Virus genome (UHGV): UHGV-0172060
DNA length: 22,377 nucleotides
Direction: 5' to 3' (one strand)
Source: a virus
In this document: positions 6,925 to 14,806 of the stretch, one piece after another
How the letters are laid out: every line of letters begins with the position of its first letter
Numbering within the stretch: the stretch's first letter is position 1
Position numbers and translations under genes: made by a program
Notes under the pieces: generated by a model
Told to the model about the DNA's origin: nothing
What the model saw: only the letters and a program-made list of their open reading frames with translations
Database searches by the model: none

Positions 6925-7873
6925 TCTTGCATGCCGTATTGGTCTGAATGAGGCAATTGTGTTGCAGCAGCTTCATTACTGGCTGAATGAAACGAATTCA
7001 GGCACTGAGCATGGCGGAATTCGCTGGGTTTATAACACGACAGAACAGTGGCTGGAGCAGTTTCCGTTCTGGTCAGAGTCCACTCTGAAACGCACATTTG
7101 CAAGCCTGAAATCACTTGGGGTTTTGCGTCGCGAGCAACTCAATAAATCGAAGCGTGACATGACCAACTTCTACACGATCAACTATGAAAGTGAGCTTTT
7201 AGAAGAGGTCAAAGTGAACGAATCGATCAGGTCAAAATGCACTTCTCCATCGGGTCAAAGTGACCTGATGGATGGGCGCAAAATGACACGATCCATTGGT
7301 TCAAAACGACACGCTGTCATCGGGTCAAAATGGCCCAATGATCTTACAGAGAATACAACAGAGATTACTACAGAGAATAAAACCTCTTCTCGTCCGGACG
7401 CTTCGCAACCGGACACGCAAACGGCTGAACAGGAGTTTTTTACTCGCCATCCTGATGCGGTTGTATTCAGCCCTAAAAAGCGCCAGTGGGGAACGCAGGA
7501 TGATTTGACCTGCGCACAGTGGCTCTGGAAAAAAATCATCGCCCTGTACGAGCAGGCCGCCGAATGTGACGGCGAGGTGGTTCGTCCCAAAGAACCGAAC
7601 TGGACAGCCTGGGCAAACGAAATTCGCCTGATGTGTGTGCAGGATGGTCGTACTCACAAACAAATCTGCGAGATGTACAGCCGCGTCAGCCGCGATCCGT
7701 TCTGGTGCCGTAACGTGCTCAGCCCGTCGAAGTTGCGGGAAAAATGGGATGAGCTTTCCCTGCGCTTATCGCCGTCCGTCAGCACGCACACAGAAAAACG
7801 TGAAGACCCGTACTTCAAAGCCAGTTACGACAACGTGGACTACAGCCAGATCCCGGCAGGATTCAGGGGGTGA
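6881..7873 (+). CDS. replication initiator protein (lambda O-like) with origin iterons embedded in the coding sequence
   Basis: N-terminal DNA-binding-like region ([26 protein letters not shown]); central low-complexity linker encoded by direct repeats; GAGGT SD. Confidence 0.7.
   Translation: MSLLMTSQPIVINRDLACRIGLNEAIVLQQLHYWLNETNSGTEHGGIRWVYNTTEQWLEQFPFWSESTLKRTFASLKSLGVLRREQLNKSKRDMTNFYTINYESELLEEVKVNESIRSKCTSPSGQSDLMDGRKMTRSIGSKRHAVIGSKWPNDLTENTTEITTENKTSSRPDASQPDTQTAEQEFFTRHPDAVVFSPKKRQWGTQDDLTCAQWLWKKIIALYEQAAECDGEVVRPKEPNWTAWANEIRLMCVQDGRTHKQICEMYSRVSRDPFWCRNVLSPSKLREKWDELSLRLSPSVSTHTEKREDPYFKASYDNVDYSQIPAGFRG
7205..7390. repeat. candidate replication origin: about five iterons at ~23-bp spacing plus three 12-bp ACAGAGA A-rich repeats
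   Basis: Iterons (a/g)TC(g/a)GGTCAAA(a/g)TG centred near 7210, 7233, 7256, 7302, 7326; then ACAGAGAATACA / ACAGAGATTACT / ACAGAGAATAAA at 7346, 7358, 7370. Confidence 0.65.
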
Positions 7874-7875
7874 TC

Positions 7876-8364
7876 ATGAGTCTTTTGAATGAAGTTCAGA
7901 AATTCATTGAAGCCCATCCGGGGTGTACTTCCGGAGACATTGCGGATGCTTTTGCAGGTTACTCACGGCAGCGCGTTCTGCAGTCAGCAAGCAAGTTACG
8001 TCAGAGTGGGCGTGTGGCTCACCGTTGTGAAGGAGATACACGCAGACATTTCCCACGCCTGACTGAGAGAGCGCAGGAGCCGGAACCACAACCAGTTCGT
8101 GAAACCAGACCTGTGCGCAATTTCTATGTCGGCACTAACGATCCCCGGGTGATTTTGTGCCTGACTCGCCAGGCGGAAGAACTGGAGTCCAGGGGCCTAT
8201 ACCGTCGTGCTGCAACGGTGTGGATGGCGGCATTCCGTGAAAGCCACTCCCAGCCAGAACGAAACAATTTTCTGGTGCGTCGTGAGCAGTGTTTACGGAA
8301 AAGCAGCAAGCGCGCTGTATCGGGTGATGAGTGGTATCTGTCAGGGAATTACGTGGGGGCTTAA
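7876..8364 (+). CDS. putative regulator with C-terminal PerC-like domain
   Basis: ATG 7876 with GGGGGTGA SD; C-terminal LTRQAEELESRGLYRRAATVWMAAFRE...VRREQCL matches the recalled PerC-family signature (LE..GL.RRAA..W...RR..CL). Confidence 0.5.
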   Translation: MSLLNEVQKFIEAHPGCTSGDIADAFAGYSRQRVLQSASKLRQSGRVAHRCEGDTRRHFPRLTERAQEPEPQPVRETRPVRNFYVGTNDPRVILCLTRQAEELESRGLYRRAATVWMAAFRESHSQPERNNFLVRREQCLRKSSKRAVSGDEWYLSGNYVGA

Positions 8365-9017
8365 TGAGTAATAAATATTGCCAGGAGCTGGTGGAACTGC
8401 GGAACAAACCAGCCCATGAACTGAAGGAAGTGGGTGATCAGTGGCGCACGCCGGACAACATTTTCTGGGGAATTAACACCCTGTTTGGCCCGTTTGTTCT
8501 GGATCTGTTCACTGACGGTGATAACGCCAAATGTACCGCGTATTACACGGCGGAAGACAACGCGCTGGCGCATGACTGGTCAGAACGCCTTGCGGAGCTT
8601 AAAGGTGCTGCCTTTGGTAATCCTCCATACAGCCGCGCCAGTCAGCATGAGGGGCAATACATCACCGGCATGCGTTACATCATGAAACATGCCAGTGCCA
8701 TGCGTGATAAGGGCGGGCGCTATGTTTTCCTGATCAAAGCTGCCACCAGCGAAGTGTGGTGGCCGGAAGATGCAGATCATATTGCTTTTATTCGCGGGCG
8801 TATTGGTTTTGAACTGCCTGTCTGGTTTATCCCGAAAGACGAGAAGCAGGTACCGACAGGAGCTTTTTTCGCTGGTGCTATTGCTGTTTTTGACAAGACC
8901 TGGAAGGGATCGGCAATCAGCTACATCGGGCGCGATGAACTTGAGGCATGTGGTGAGGCGTTTCTGGCGCAGGTTCGCCAGCAGGCGGAAAAACTGGTCA
9001 GGGAGATGGCGGCATGA
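8364..9017 (+). CDS. phage Dam-like N6-adenine DNA methyltransferase (orphan)
   Basis: FGNPPYS catalytic motif (NPPY); ~217 aa; TAATG-coupled start with GGGGG SD; no adjacent restriction endonuclease. Confidence 0.75.
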   Translation: MSNKYCQELVELRNKPAHELKEVGDQWRTPDNIFWGINTLFGPFVLDLFTDGDNAKCTAYYTAEDNALAHDWSERLAELKGAAFGNPPYSRASQHEGQYITGMRYIMKHASAMRDKGGRYVFLIKAATSEVWWPEDADHIAFIRGRIGFELPVWFIPKDEKQVPTGAFFAGAIAVFDKTWKGSAISYIGRDELEACGEAFLAQVRQQAEKLVREMAA

Positions 9018-9340
9018 CGACATTAACTCAATGCCAGCAGCAGGTGCTGGATATGCTGATTTCTTATCAGAAAGAGCGTGGCTTTCCGCCAACCAATCAG
9101 GAGGTGGCAACCATGCTGGGATACCGTTCAGTGAATGCAGCGGTGGAGCATCTTCGCGCACTGGAGAAAAAAGGCGTCATCACGATAAAGCGTGGCGTGG
9201 CCCGGGGGATAACGCTTCATACCGCGGTGAAGGACGACGACAGCGAGGCGGTCGGGATTATCCGCGCACTGCTTGCCGGTGAGGAAAACGCAAGGCTGCG
9301 TGCAACCCACTGGTTACATGAGAGGGACCTGAAAGTATGA
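9014..9340 (+). CDS. LexA N-terminal DNA-binding-domain homolog lacking the S24 peptidase domain
   Basis: Residues 1-70 align closely with the LexA DNA-binding domain (LT..QQ.V.D.I......G.PPT..E.A..LG.RS.NAA.EHL.AL..KGVI.I..G..RGI.L); the protein stops at 108 aa with no protease domain. Confidence 0.75.
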   Translation: MTTLTQCQQQVLDMLISYQKERGFPPTNQEVATMLGYRSVNAAVEHLRALEKKGVITIKRGVARGITLHTAVKDDDSEAVGIIRALLAGEENARLRATHWLHERDLKV

Positions 9341-9726
9341 AGCTGATCCTGCCTTTTCCGCCCAGCGTGAACACGTACTGGCGACACCCCAACAAAGGGG
9401 CATTTTCTGGTAAGAGCCTGATAAGCGCGGCGGGGCGAAAATTTCAGAGCGCGGCGTGCGCAGCAATAGTTGAGCAGTTACGTCGTCTGCCAAAACCAAC
9501 GTCGGCACCTGCTTCAGTGGAGATCGTGTTGTTTCCTCCGGATAACCGGATCCGCGATCTGGACAACTATAACAAGGCGCTGTTTGACGCCCTGACCCAC
9601 GCGGGTGTGTGGGAAGACGACAGACAGGTGAAAAGAATGCTGGTGGAGTGGGGACCGGTTATCCCGGAAGGGAAGGTCGAGATCACTATCAGTAAGTACG
9701 AGAAAACGGCGGGTGCAGCCGCCTGA
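9337..9726 (+). CDS. rusA: RusA-family Holliday junction resolvase
   Basis: LPFPPSVNTYWRH ... RDLDNYNKALFDALTHAGVWEDDRQV: characteristic RusA motifs including the catalytic Asp cluster; ~129 aa. Confidence 0.9.
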   Translation: MKLILPFPPSVNTYWRHPNKGAFSGKSLISAAGRKFQSAACAAIVEQLRRLPKPTSAPASVEIVLFPPDNRIRDLDNYNKALFDALTHAGVWEDDRQVKRMLVEWGPVIPEGKVEITISKYEKTAGAAA

Positions 9727-9745
9727 GCAAAAGGAGAAACGAAGT

Positions 9746-10555
9746 ATGAATAATCTGATGGTCATTGATGGTATTGAAGTTCGTCGTGATGCTTATGGGC
9801 GTTACAGCCTGAACGATCTGCATCGCGCAGCAGTAGCATCTGGTGCAAATGCCAGAACCAAGGAGCCGGGAAAGTTTCTTTCCAGCCAACAAACTGTTGA
9901 GCTTGTTCATGAATTGACCAACACCCAGAATTTGGGTGTTGACCCGGTGAGTGTGATTCATGGGGGAAATGAACGGGGAACGTATGTCTGCAAGGAACTG
10001 GTGTATGCCTATGCAATGTGGATCAGCCCGTCATTCCATCTGAAGGTGATCCGTACTTTCGATATGGTAACCAGCGCACCGGAAAAATTATCCGGACAGG
10101 CTGCTGACAAGATGCAGGCTGGCGTGATCCTGCTGGACTTTATGCGCCGGGAGTTAAACCTGTCTAACTCTTCAGTGCTTGGTGCCTGTCAGAAACTCCA
10201 GGAGGCTGTTGGCTTACCGAATCTGGCACCGCGCTATGCCATTGATGCTCCTGCTGACGCGCCTGATGGCTCAAGCCGCCCCACGCTATCATTGAGTGCA
10301 CTGCTGAAGCAGTATGGTATCCGCCTGACAGCTAATCAGGCATATCACCAGATGGCGAAGCTGGGGATCGTTGAACAACGTGAACGATACAGCCGCACTG
10401 CGATTAACAACATCAAAAAATTCTGGTCGCTGACAGCGAAAGGCTGCATGTTCGGCAAGAACATCACCAGTCCCGCAAATCCGCGCGAGACGCAGCCGCA
10501 TTTCTTCGAATCCCGATTCCCTGAGCTGTTAAAGCTGCTCGATACCGTTCATTGA
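9746..10555 (+). CDS. KilA-N domain protein (antirepressor-like)
   Basis: N-terminal KilA-N-like region (VIDGIEVRRDAYGRYSLNDLHRAA ... GTYVCKELVYAYAMWISPSFHLKVIRTFD); start at the ATG with AAGGAG SD. Confidence 0.7.
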   Translation: MNNLMVIDGIEVRRDAYGRYSLNDLHRAAVASGANARTKEPGKFLSSQQTVELVHELTNTQNLGVDPVSVIHGGNERGTYVCKELVYAYAMWISPSFHLKVIRTFDMVTSAPEKLSGQAADKMQAGVILLDFMRRELNLSNSSVLGACQKLQEAVGLPNLAPRYAIDAPADAPDGSSRPTLSLSALLKQYGIRLTANQAYHQMAKLGIVEQRERYSRTAINNIKKFWSLTAKGCMFGKNITSPANPRETQPHFFESRFPELLKLLDTVH

Positions 10556-10556
10556 G

Positions 10557-11552
10557 GTGACCGTGAGAGCACTACTGACTCCTGAAATTGCCCCGCGTAT
10601 GGGGATCGTATTGTTCAGGCCAGGTTCAGAGCTGATGCCCCTGTTTATGCAGGGGCGTGTCCTGCTGGAGCCTGAGCCGGAACGTTATTCATCTTTTGCC
10701 AGTGGTGCCGTTCCGGCGGTATCACAACCGCTGGCGGATGATCCTGCCGTTCGGGGCGTGTTCCGCAATGAGGCAGTGATCCGTCGTGCTGGTGGCGTGG
10801 AATGTCTTGAAAGCTGGTTACTTCGTGAAAAGGGCTGTCAGTGGCCTCATTCCGACTGGCACAGCGAGAACATGACCACAATGCGGCACGCGCCGGGCGC
10901 AATCCGTCTGTGCTGGCACTGCGATAACCAGTTGCGCGATCAGTTCACGGAACGGCTGGAATCAATGGCAACGGATAACTGTGCCCGCTGGGTATTGTCT
11001 GTTGTGCGTCGGGATCTCGGTTTTGATGATAGTCACGTTGTGACAATGCCGGAACTGTGCTGGTGGCTGGTTCGTAATGACCTGGCGGATGCCTTACCGG
11101 AAAGTGCAGCCCGTAAGGCACTGAGATTACCGAAGCCTGTTGTGCCGTCTGTCACCCGGGAAAGTGACCTTGTGCCTTCGGTTCCTGCCACCAGCATCAT
11201 CCAGGATAAGGCGAAAAAGGTGCTGGCGCTGAAAGTGGATCCGGAGTCGCCGGAGTCTTTTATGTTACGCCCAAAACGTCGCCGCTGGGTTAATGAAAAG
11301 TACACGCGCTGGGTTAAGACACAGCCGTGTGCATGTTGTGGAAAGCCCGCTGATGATCCCCACCACCTGATAGGCCACGGTCAGGGGGGAATGGGTACAA
11401 AAGCGCATGACCTCTTTGTGTTGCCTTTGTGCAGAAAGCATCACGACGAGCTGCATGCGGATACCGTGGCATTTGAAGAGAAGTATGGCTCCCAGTTGGA
11501 GCTGATATTTCGTTTTATCGATCGTGCGCTGGCAATAGGCGTACTGGCGTAA
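10557..11552 (+). CDS. DUF968-like phage protein with C-terminal Cys/His (HNH-like) metal-binding motif
   Basis: 331-aa ORF with C-terminal CACCGKPADDPHH...CRKHHDELH; GTG start is uncertain (poor SD). Confidence 0.55.
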   Translation: MTVRALLTPEIAPRMGIVLFRPGSELMPLFMQGRVLLEPEPERYSSFASGAVPAVSQPLADDPAVRGVFRNEAVIRRAGGVECLESWLLREKGCQWPHSDWHSENMTTMRHAPGAIRLCWHCDNQLRDQFTERLESMATDNCARWVLSVVRRDLGFDDSHVVTMPELCWWLVRNDLADALPESAARKALRLPKPVVPSVTRESDLVPSVPATSIIQDKAKKVLALKVDPESPESFMLRPKRRRWVNEKYTRWVKTQPCACCGKPADDPHHLIGHGQGGMGTKAHDLFVLPLCRKHHDELHADTVAFEEKYGSQLELIFRFIDRALAIGVLA

Positions 11553-11565
11553 GTGGAGAACGAGC

Positions 11566-12318
11566 ATGAACCTTGAAGCCTTACCAAAATATTACTCCCC
11601 AAAATCTCCCAAATTGAGCGATGAGGCACCGGCGACAGGCTCGAGTGGTTTAACGATTACGGATGTGATGGCTGCGCAGGGGATGGTGCAGTCGAAAGCA
11701 CCGCTTGGGTTTGCCTTATTTCTGGCAAAAGTTGGTGTTCAGGATCCTCAGTTTGCGATTGAAGGTCTGCTCAATTACGCGATGGCACTGGATAACCCGA
11801 CATTGAACAAATTGAGTGAAGAAACCCGGTTACAGATCATCCCTTACCTTGTGAATTTTGCCTTTGCTGATTATTCCAGGTCTGCTGCAAGTAAGGCTCG
11901 CTGTGAGCATTGTGCTGGTACTGGATTTCATAATGTATTGCGCGAAGTGGTGAAACACTCCAGAAGCGGGGAATCTGTTATCAAGGAAGAGTGGGTGAAG
12001 GAACTATGTCAGCATTGTTATGGTAAGGGAGAGGTCAGCACAGCGTGTAGAGGGTGTAAGGGGAAAGGTATTGTACTGGATGAAAAAAGAACCCGGCTTC
12101 ATGGTGCGCCTGTTTATAAGGTTTGTGGGCGTTGCAATGGAAACCGGTTTAGCCGTTTACCAACCACACTGGCGCGGCATCATGTCCAGAAGCTGGTACC
12201 GGATCTGACGGATTATCAGTGGTACAAAGGATATGCAGATGTCATTGATAAACTGGTTACAAAGTGCTGGCAGGAAGAAGCATATGCAGAGACACAATTG
12301 AGAAAAGTGACAAGATAA
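11566..12318 (+). CDS. putative late-gene antiterminator Q-like protein with four CxxCxGxG zinc-finger repeats
   Basis: Lies immediately upstream of a PR'-like promoter and tR'-like terminator; CEHCAGTG, CQHCYGKG, CRGCKGKG, CGRCNGNR repeats; GGAG SD. Confidence 0.55.
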   Translation: MNLEALPKYYSPKSPKLSDEAPATGSSGLTITDVMAAQGMVQSKAPLGFALFLAKVGVQDPQFAIEGLLNYAMALDNPTLNKLSEETRLQIIPYLVNFAFADYSRSAASKARCEHCAGTGFHNVLREVVKHSRSGESVIKEEWVKELCQHCYGKGEVSTACRGCKGKGIVLDEKRTRLHGAPVYKVCGRCNGNRFSRLPTTLARHHVQKLVPDLTDYQWYKGYADVIDKLVTKCWQEEAYAETQLRKVTR

Positions 12319-12349
12319 ATGATTTTCGCCGAAGATGGCGACATGATGC

Positions 12350-12385
12350 TTGCATTTTTCAAAAAATATGGATAAGATTTTCCCA
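12350..12385 (+). promoter_or_regulatory. PR'-like late promoter
   Basis: -35 TTGCAT (12350-12355), 17-nt spacer, -10 TAAGAT (12373-12378), about 30 nt after the Q-like stop. Confidence 0.45.
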
Positions 12386-12423
12386 ACGATGGGCTTTGTA
12401 TGTCTACCGTTGATAAGATTTAA

Positions 12424-12450
12424 GAACCCGCCACTGAGCGGGTTTTTTGT
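12424..12450 (+). terminator. tR'-like rho-independent terminator downstream of the late promoter
   Basis: aacccgcc-actga-gcgggtt followed by ttttgt. Confidence 0.7.
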
Positions 12451-12570
12451 ACCTGTAAACTTGGTGCAGTACAGTAAACACGCTGGTGGTCGTGAATACT
12501 GACTTTTTATCTTGCTGGATTTTTAGACAAGAGTTATTGGTATGTCATGTTAACCAGAAGGGAAAAAGAC

Positions 12571-12834
12571 ATGCTAAAACAGCAAGATATGACAGAAACC
12601 GCCGCCGCAGTCCTTCATTTCTTACCTGCTGACAAGTGGGTAACGCCACGCATGATGACGAGAACTACCGGAGTAAGCGAAGCCCGGTGCCAGTTAATAC
12701 TGACTCAGTTAGTTCTGGCGGGTCTGGCGAAGGATAACGGCGGGTGGGTGTTGGTAGCACCTGCCAGCCATTCGCTCATGCTTACTGGTCACAAGCGAAC
12801 CACGGCCCACTGCTTTAGCGCAAAAGCAGAGTGA
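12571..12834 (+). CDS. small winged-helix-like protein (possible PapI/FaeA-like regulator) upstream of a methyltransferase
   Basis: Start placed at the ATG with AAGGGA SD (the ORF-track start at 12547 has no SD); VLHFLPADKWVTPRMMTRTTGVSEARCQLILTQLVLAGLA resembles a PapI-type winged helix. Assignment tentative. Confidence 0.5.
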   Translation: MLKQQDMTETAAAVLHFLPADKWVTPRMMTRTTGVSEARCQLILTQLVLAGLAKDNGGWVLVAPASHSLMLTGHKRTTAHCFSAKAE

Positions 12835-12861
12835 GCCTACCAGAGTTACGCTTACTGATCC

Positions 12862-13914
12862 ATGAAAAATACTGTAAAAATAAACAGTGTTGATTTAATC
12901 AACGCTGATTGCCTGCATTTTATTCAGTCCCTGCCTGATGATTCCATTGACCTGATTGTTACCGATCCGCCTTACTTCAAGGTGAAACCTAACGGTTGGG
13001 ACAATCAGTGGAAAGGGGACGAAGATTACCTTAAGTGGCTGGACCACTGTCTGGCCCAGTTCTGGCGGGTGTTGAAACCTGCCGGAAGCCTTTACCTGTT
13101 CTGTGGGCATCGCCTGGCATCTGATATTGAGATCATGATGCGTGAACGTTTCAACGTGCTTAACCATATCATCTGGGCGAAGCCGTCCGGACGTTGGAAT
13201 GGGTGTAATAAAGAAAGTCTGCGCGCATATTTTCCTGCCACAGAGCGCGTTCTGTTTGCTGAACATTACCGGGGGCCATATCGCGGCAAAAGTGACGGCT
13301 ATGCGGCAAAAGAAAGGGAACTCAAACAGCACATAATGGCACCGCTGATATCGTATTTCAGGGATGCTCGTGCCGAACTGGGTATAACGGCAAAACAAAT
13401 TGCCGAAGCCACAGGTAAGAAAAATATGGTTTCCCACTGGTTTGGTGCCAGTCAGTGGCAGTTGCCGAATGAGGCTGACTATCGGAAGTTACAGGCACTG
13501 TTTTCCCGTATAGCGGTAGAGAAGTTTCAGGAACAACAACTGGAACAACCACACCACCAGCTGGTGGCATCTTATGATTCACTGAATCGCAAATATTCTG
13601 AATTGCTGGATGAGTTTAAATCTCTCCGGCGCTATTTCTCCGTATCAGTCTCCGTGCCTTATACCGATGTCTGGACGCATAAGCCCGTTCAGTTCTACCC
13701 GGGTAAACATCCGTGCGAGAAACCGACGGATATGCTCCGGCAAATAATCAATGCCAGTAGTCGACCTGGTGATCTGGTTGCTGATTTCTTTATGGGATCC
13801 GGTTCCACAATAAAAGCAGCAATGGCGCTGGGGCGTCGGGCGTTAGGTGTTGAACTTGAGTCAGAGCGGTTTAATCAGACGGTGAAAGAGGTAAGTGAAC
13901 TGGTGGGGAAATAA
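12862..13914 (+). CDS. DNA methyltransferase, beta-class (N6-adenine or N4-cytosine), orphan
   Basis: N-terminal DPPY motif (IVTDPPYF), C-terminal AdoMet-binding motif (DFFMGSGST), i.e. beta-class motif order; 350 aa; no neighbouring endonuclease. Confidence 0.85.
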   Translation: MKNTVKINSVDLINADCLHFIQSLPDDSIDLIVTDPPYFKVKPNGWDNQWKGDEDYLKWLDHCLAQFWRVLKPAGSLYLFCGHRLASDIEIMMRERFNVLNHIIWAKPSGRWNGCNKESLRAYFPATERVLFAEHYRGPYRGKSDGYAAKERELKQHIMAPLISYFRDARAELGITAKQIAEATGKKNMVSHWFGASQWQLPNEADYRKLQALFSRIAVEKFQEQQLEQPHHQLVASYDSLNRKYSELLDEFKSLRRYFSVSVSVPYTDVWTHKPVQFYPGKHPCEKPTDMLRQIINASSRPGDLVADFFMGSGSTIKAAMALGRRALGVELESERFNQTVKEVSELVGK

Positions 13915-13919
13915 TTCTG

Positions 13920-13947
13920 GTGGCCACGTTGCGTGGCCTTTTTATTT
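13920..13947 (+). terminator. rho-independent terminator closing the methyltransferase cargo
   Basis: ggccacg-ttgc-gtggcc followed by tttttattt, directly after the methyltransferase stop. Confidence 0.7.
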
Positions 13948-13990
13948 CCAACACAGCACCCGCAAATATCGCGAGGTGAGAGATGACGAA

Positions 13991-14326
13991 ATGCCTCATA
14001 ACCCAAATACCTGGCCGGACTGGCTGGAGTTGTTTCAGAGCTGGTGGCGTGGAGACACACCGCTGGGTGCAGTGATTATGTCGATCGTTATGGCTGGTTT
14101 GCGCATCGCCTATTTTGGCGGTGGTGGTGGCTGGAAGCGAAAAACGCTCGAGATTTTGCTCTGTGGCGCTCTGACGCTGACCTTTGCATCCGCTCTTGAA
14201 TATGTCGGATGGCCTAAATCGCTTTCTGTTGCCATTGGTGGTGGCGTGGGGCTGATCGGTGTCGATGCTATTCGTGGGGCTGCAATGCGAGTAATCGGTA
14301 ACAAATTTGGTAGCTCGAAGGAGTAA
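13991..14326 (+). CDS. holin (three predicted transmembrane segments)
   Basis: Start at MPHNPN with GAGGTGA SD; three hydrophobic segments; immediately upstream of the endolysin. Confidence 0.7.
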   Translation: MPHNPNTWPDWLELFQSWWRGDTPLGAVIMSIVMAGLRIAYFGGGGGWKRKTLEILLCGALTLTFASALEYVGWPKSLSVAIGGGVGLIGVDAIRGAAMRVIGNKFGSSKE

Positions 14327-14329
14327 TTT

Positions 14330-14806
14330 ATGCAGACACTAAATTCCCAGCGTAAAGCTTTCCTGGATATGGTGGCATGGTCAGAAGGAACGGATAACGG
14401 GCGACAACCGACACGTAACCACGGTTATGATGTTATTGTTGGTGGCGAACTGTTCACTGATTACTCCGATCACCCTCGCAAACTTGTCACGCTAAACCCA
14501 AAACTCAAATCAACAGCCGCCGGACGTTACCAGCTTCTTTCCCGTTGGTGGGATGCCTATCGTAAGCAGCTTGGCCTGAAAGACTTCTCTCCGAAAAGCC
14601 AGGACGCTGTGGCATTGCAGCAGATTAAGGAGCGTGGCGCTTTACCGATGATTGATCGCGGTGATATCCGTCAGGCTATCGATCGTTGCAGCAATATCTG
14701 GGCGTCGTTACCTGGTGCAGGTTATGGTCAGTATGAACATAAAATCAGTGATCTGATTTCCCGGTTTAAAGAGGCTGGTGGGGTGGTAAATGAAGTTGAG
14801 CTATAA
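14330..14806 (+). CDS. R: endolysin, lambda R-like lytic transglycosylase
   Basis: Near-identity over most of its length to lambda R as recalled (QRKAFLDM.AWSEGTDNGRQ.TRNHGYDVIVGGELFTDYSDHPRKLVTLNPKLKST.AGRYQLLSRWWDAYRKQLGLKDFSPKSQDAVALQQIKERGALPMIDRGDIRQAIDRCSNIWASLPGAGYGQ). Confidence 0.95.
   Translation: MQTLNSQRKAFLDMVAWSEGTDNGRQPTRNHGYDVIVGGELFTDYSDHPRKLVTLNPKLKSTAAGRYQLLSRWWDAYRKQLGLKDFSPKSQDAVALQQIKERGALPMIDRGDIRQAIDRCSNIWASLPGAGYGQYEHKISDLISRFKEAGGVVNEVEL

Noticed and set aside
8580-9161. 193-aa minus-strand ORF antisense to the Dam-like methyltransferase and LexA-like gene
   Set aside because: Fully antisense to two well-supported plus-strand genes, with Pro/Ser/Arg-rich composition typical of GC-rich antisense frames.
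12453-12480. CTGT...ACAG elements after tR' (possible LexA/SOS box)
   Set aside because: The spacing between CTGT and ACAG is 14 nt, not the 8 nt of an SOS box; no canonical CTGT-N8-ACAG site was found in the promoter regions inspected.
12319-12546. Possible tRNA or stx-like cargo immediately downstream of the Q-like gene
   Set aside because: No tRNA-like conserved T-loop (GTTCRANYC) or cloverleaf potential was seen; the interval is explained by the PR'-like promoter and tR'-like terminator.
12895-13437. 180-aa minus-strand ORF inside the beta-class methyltransferase
   Set aside because: Antisense to a gene with clear catalytic motifs; no SD; Cys/Phe-rich non-protein-like composition.
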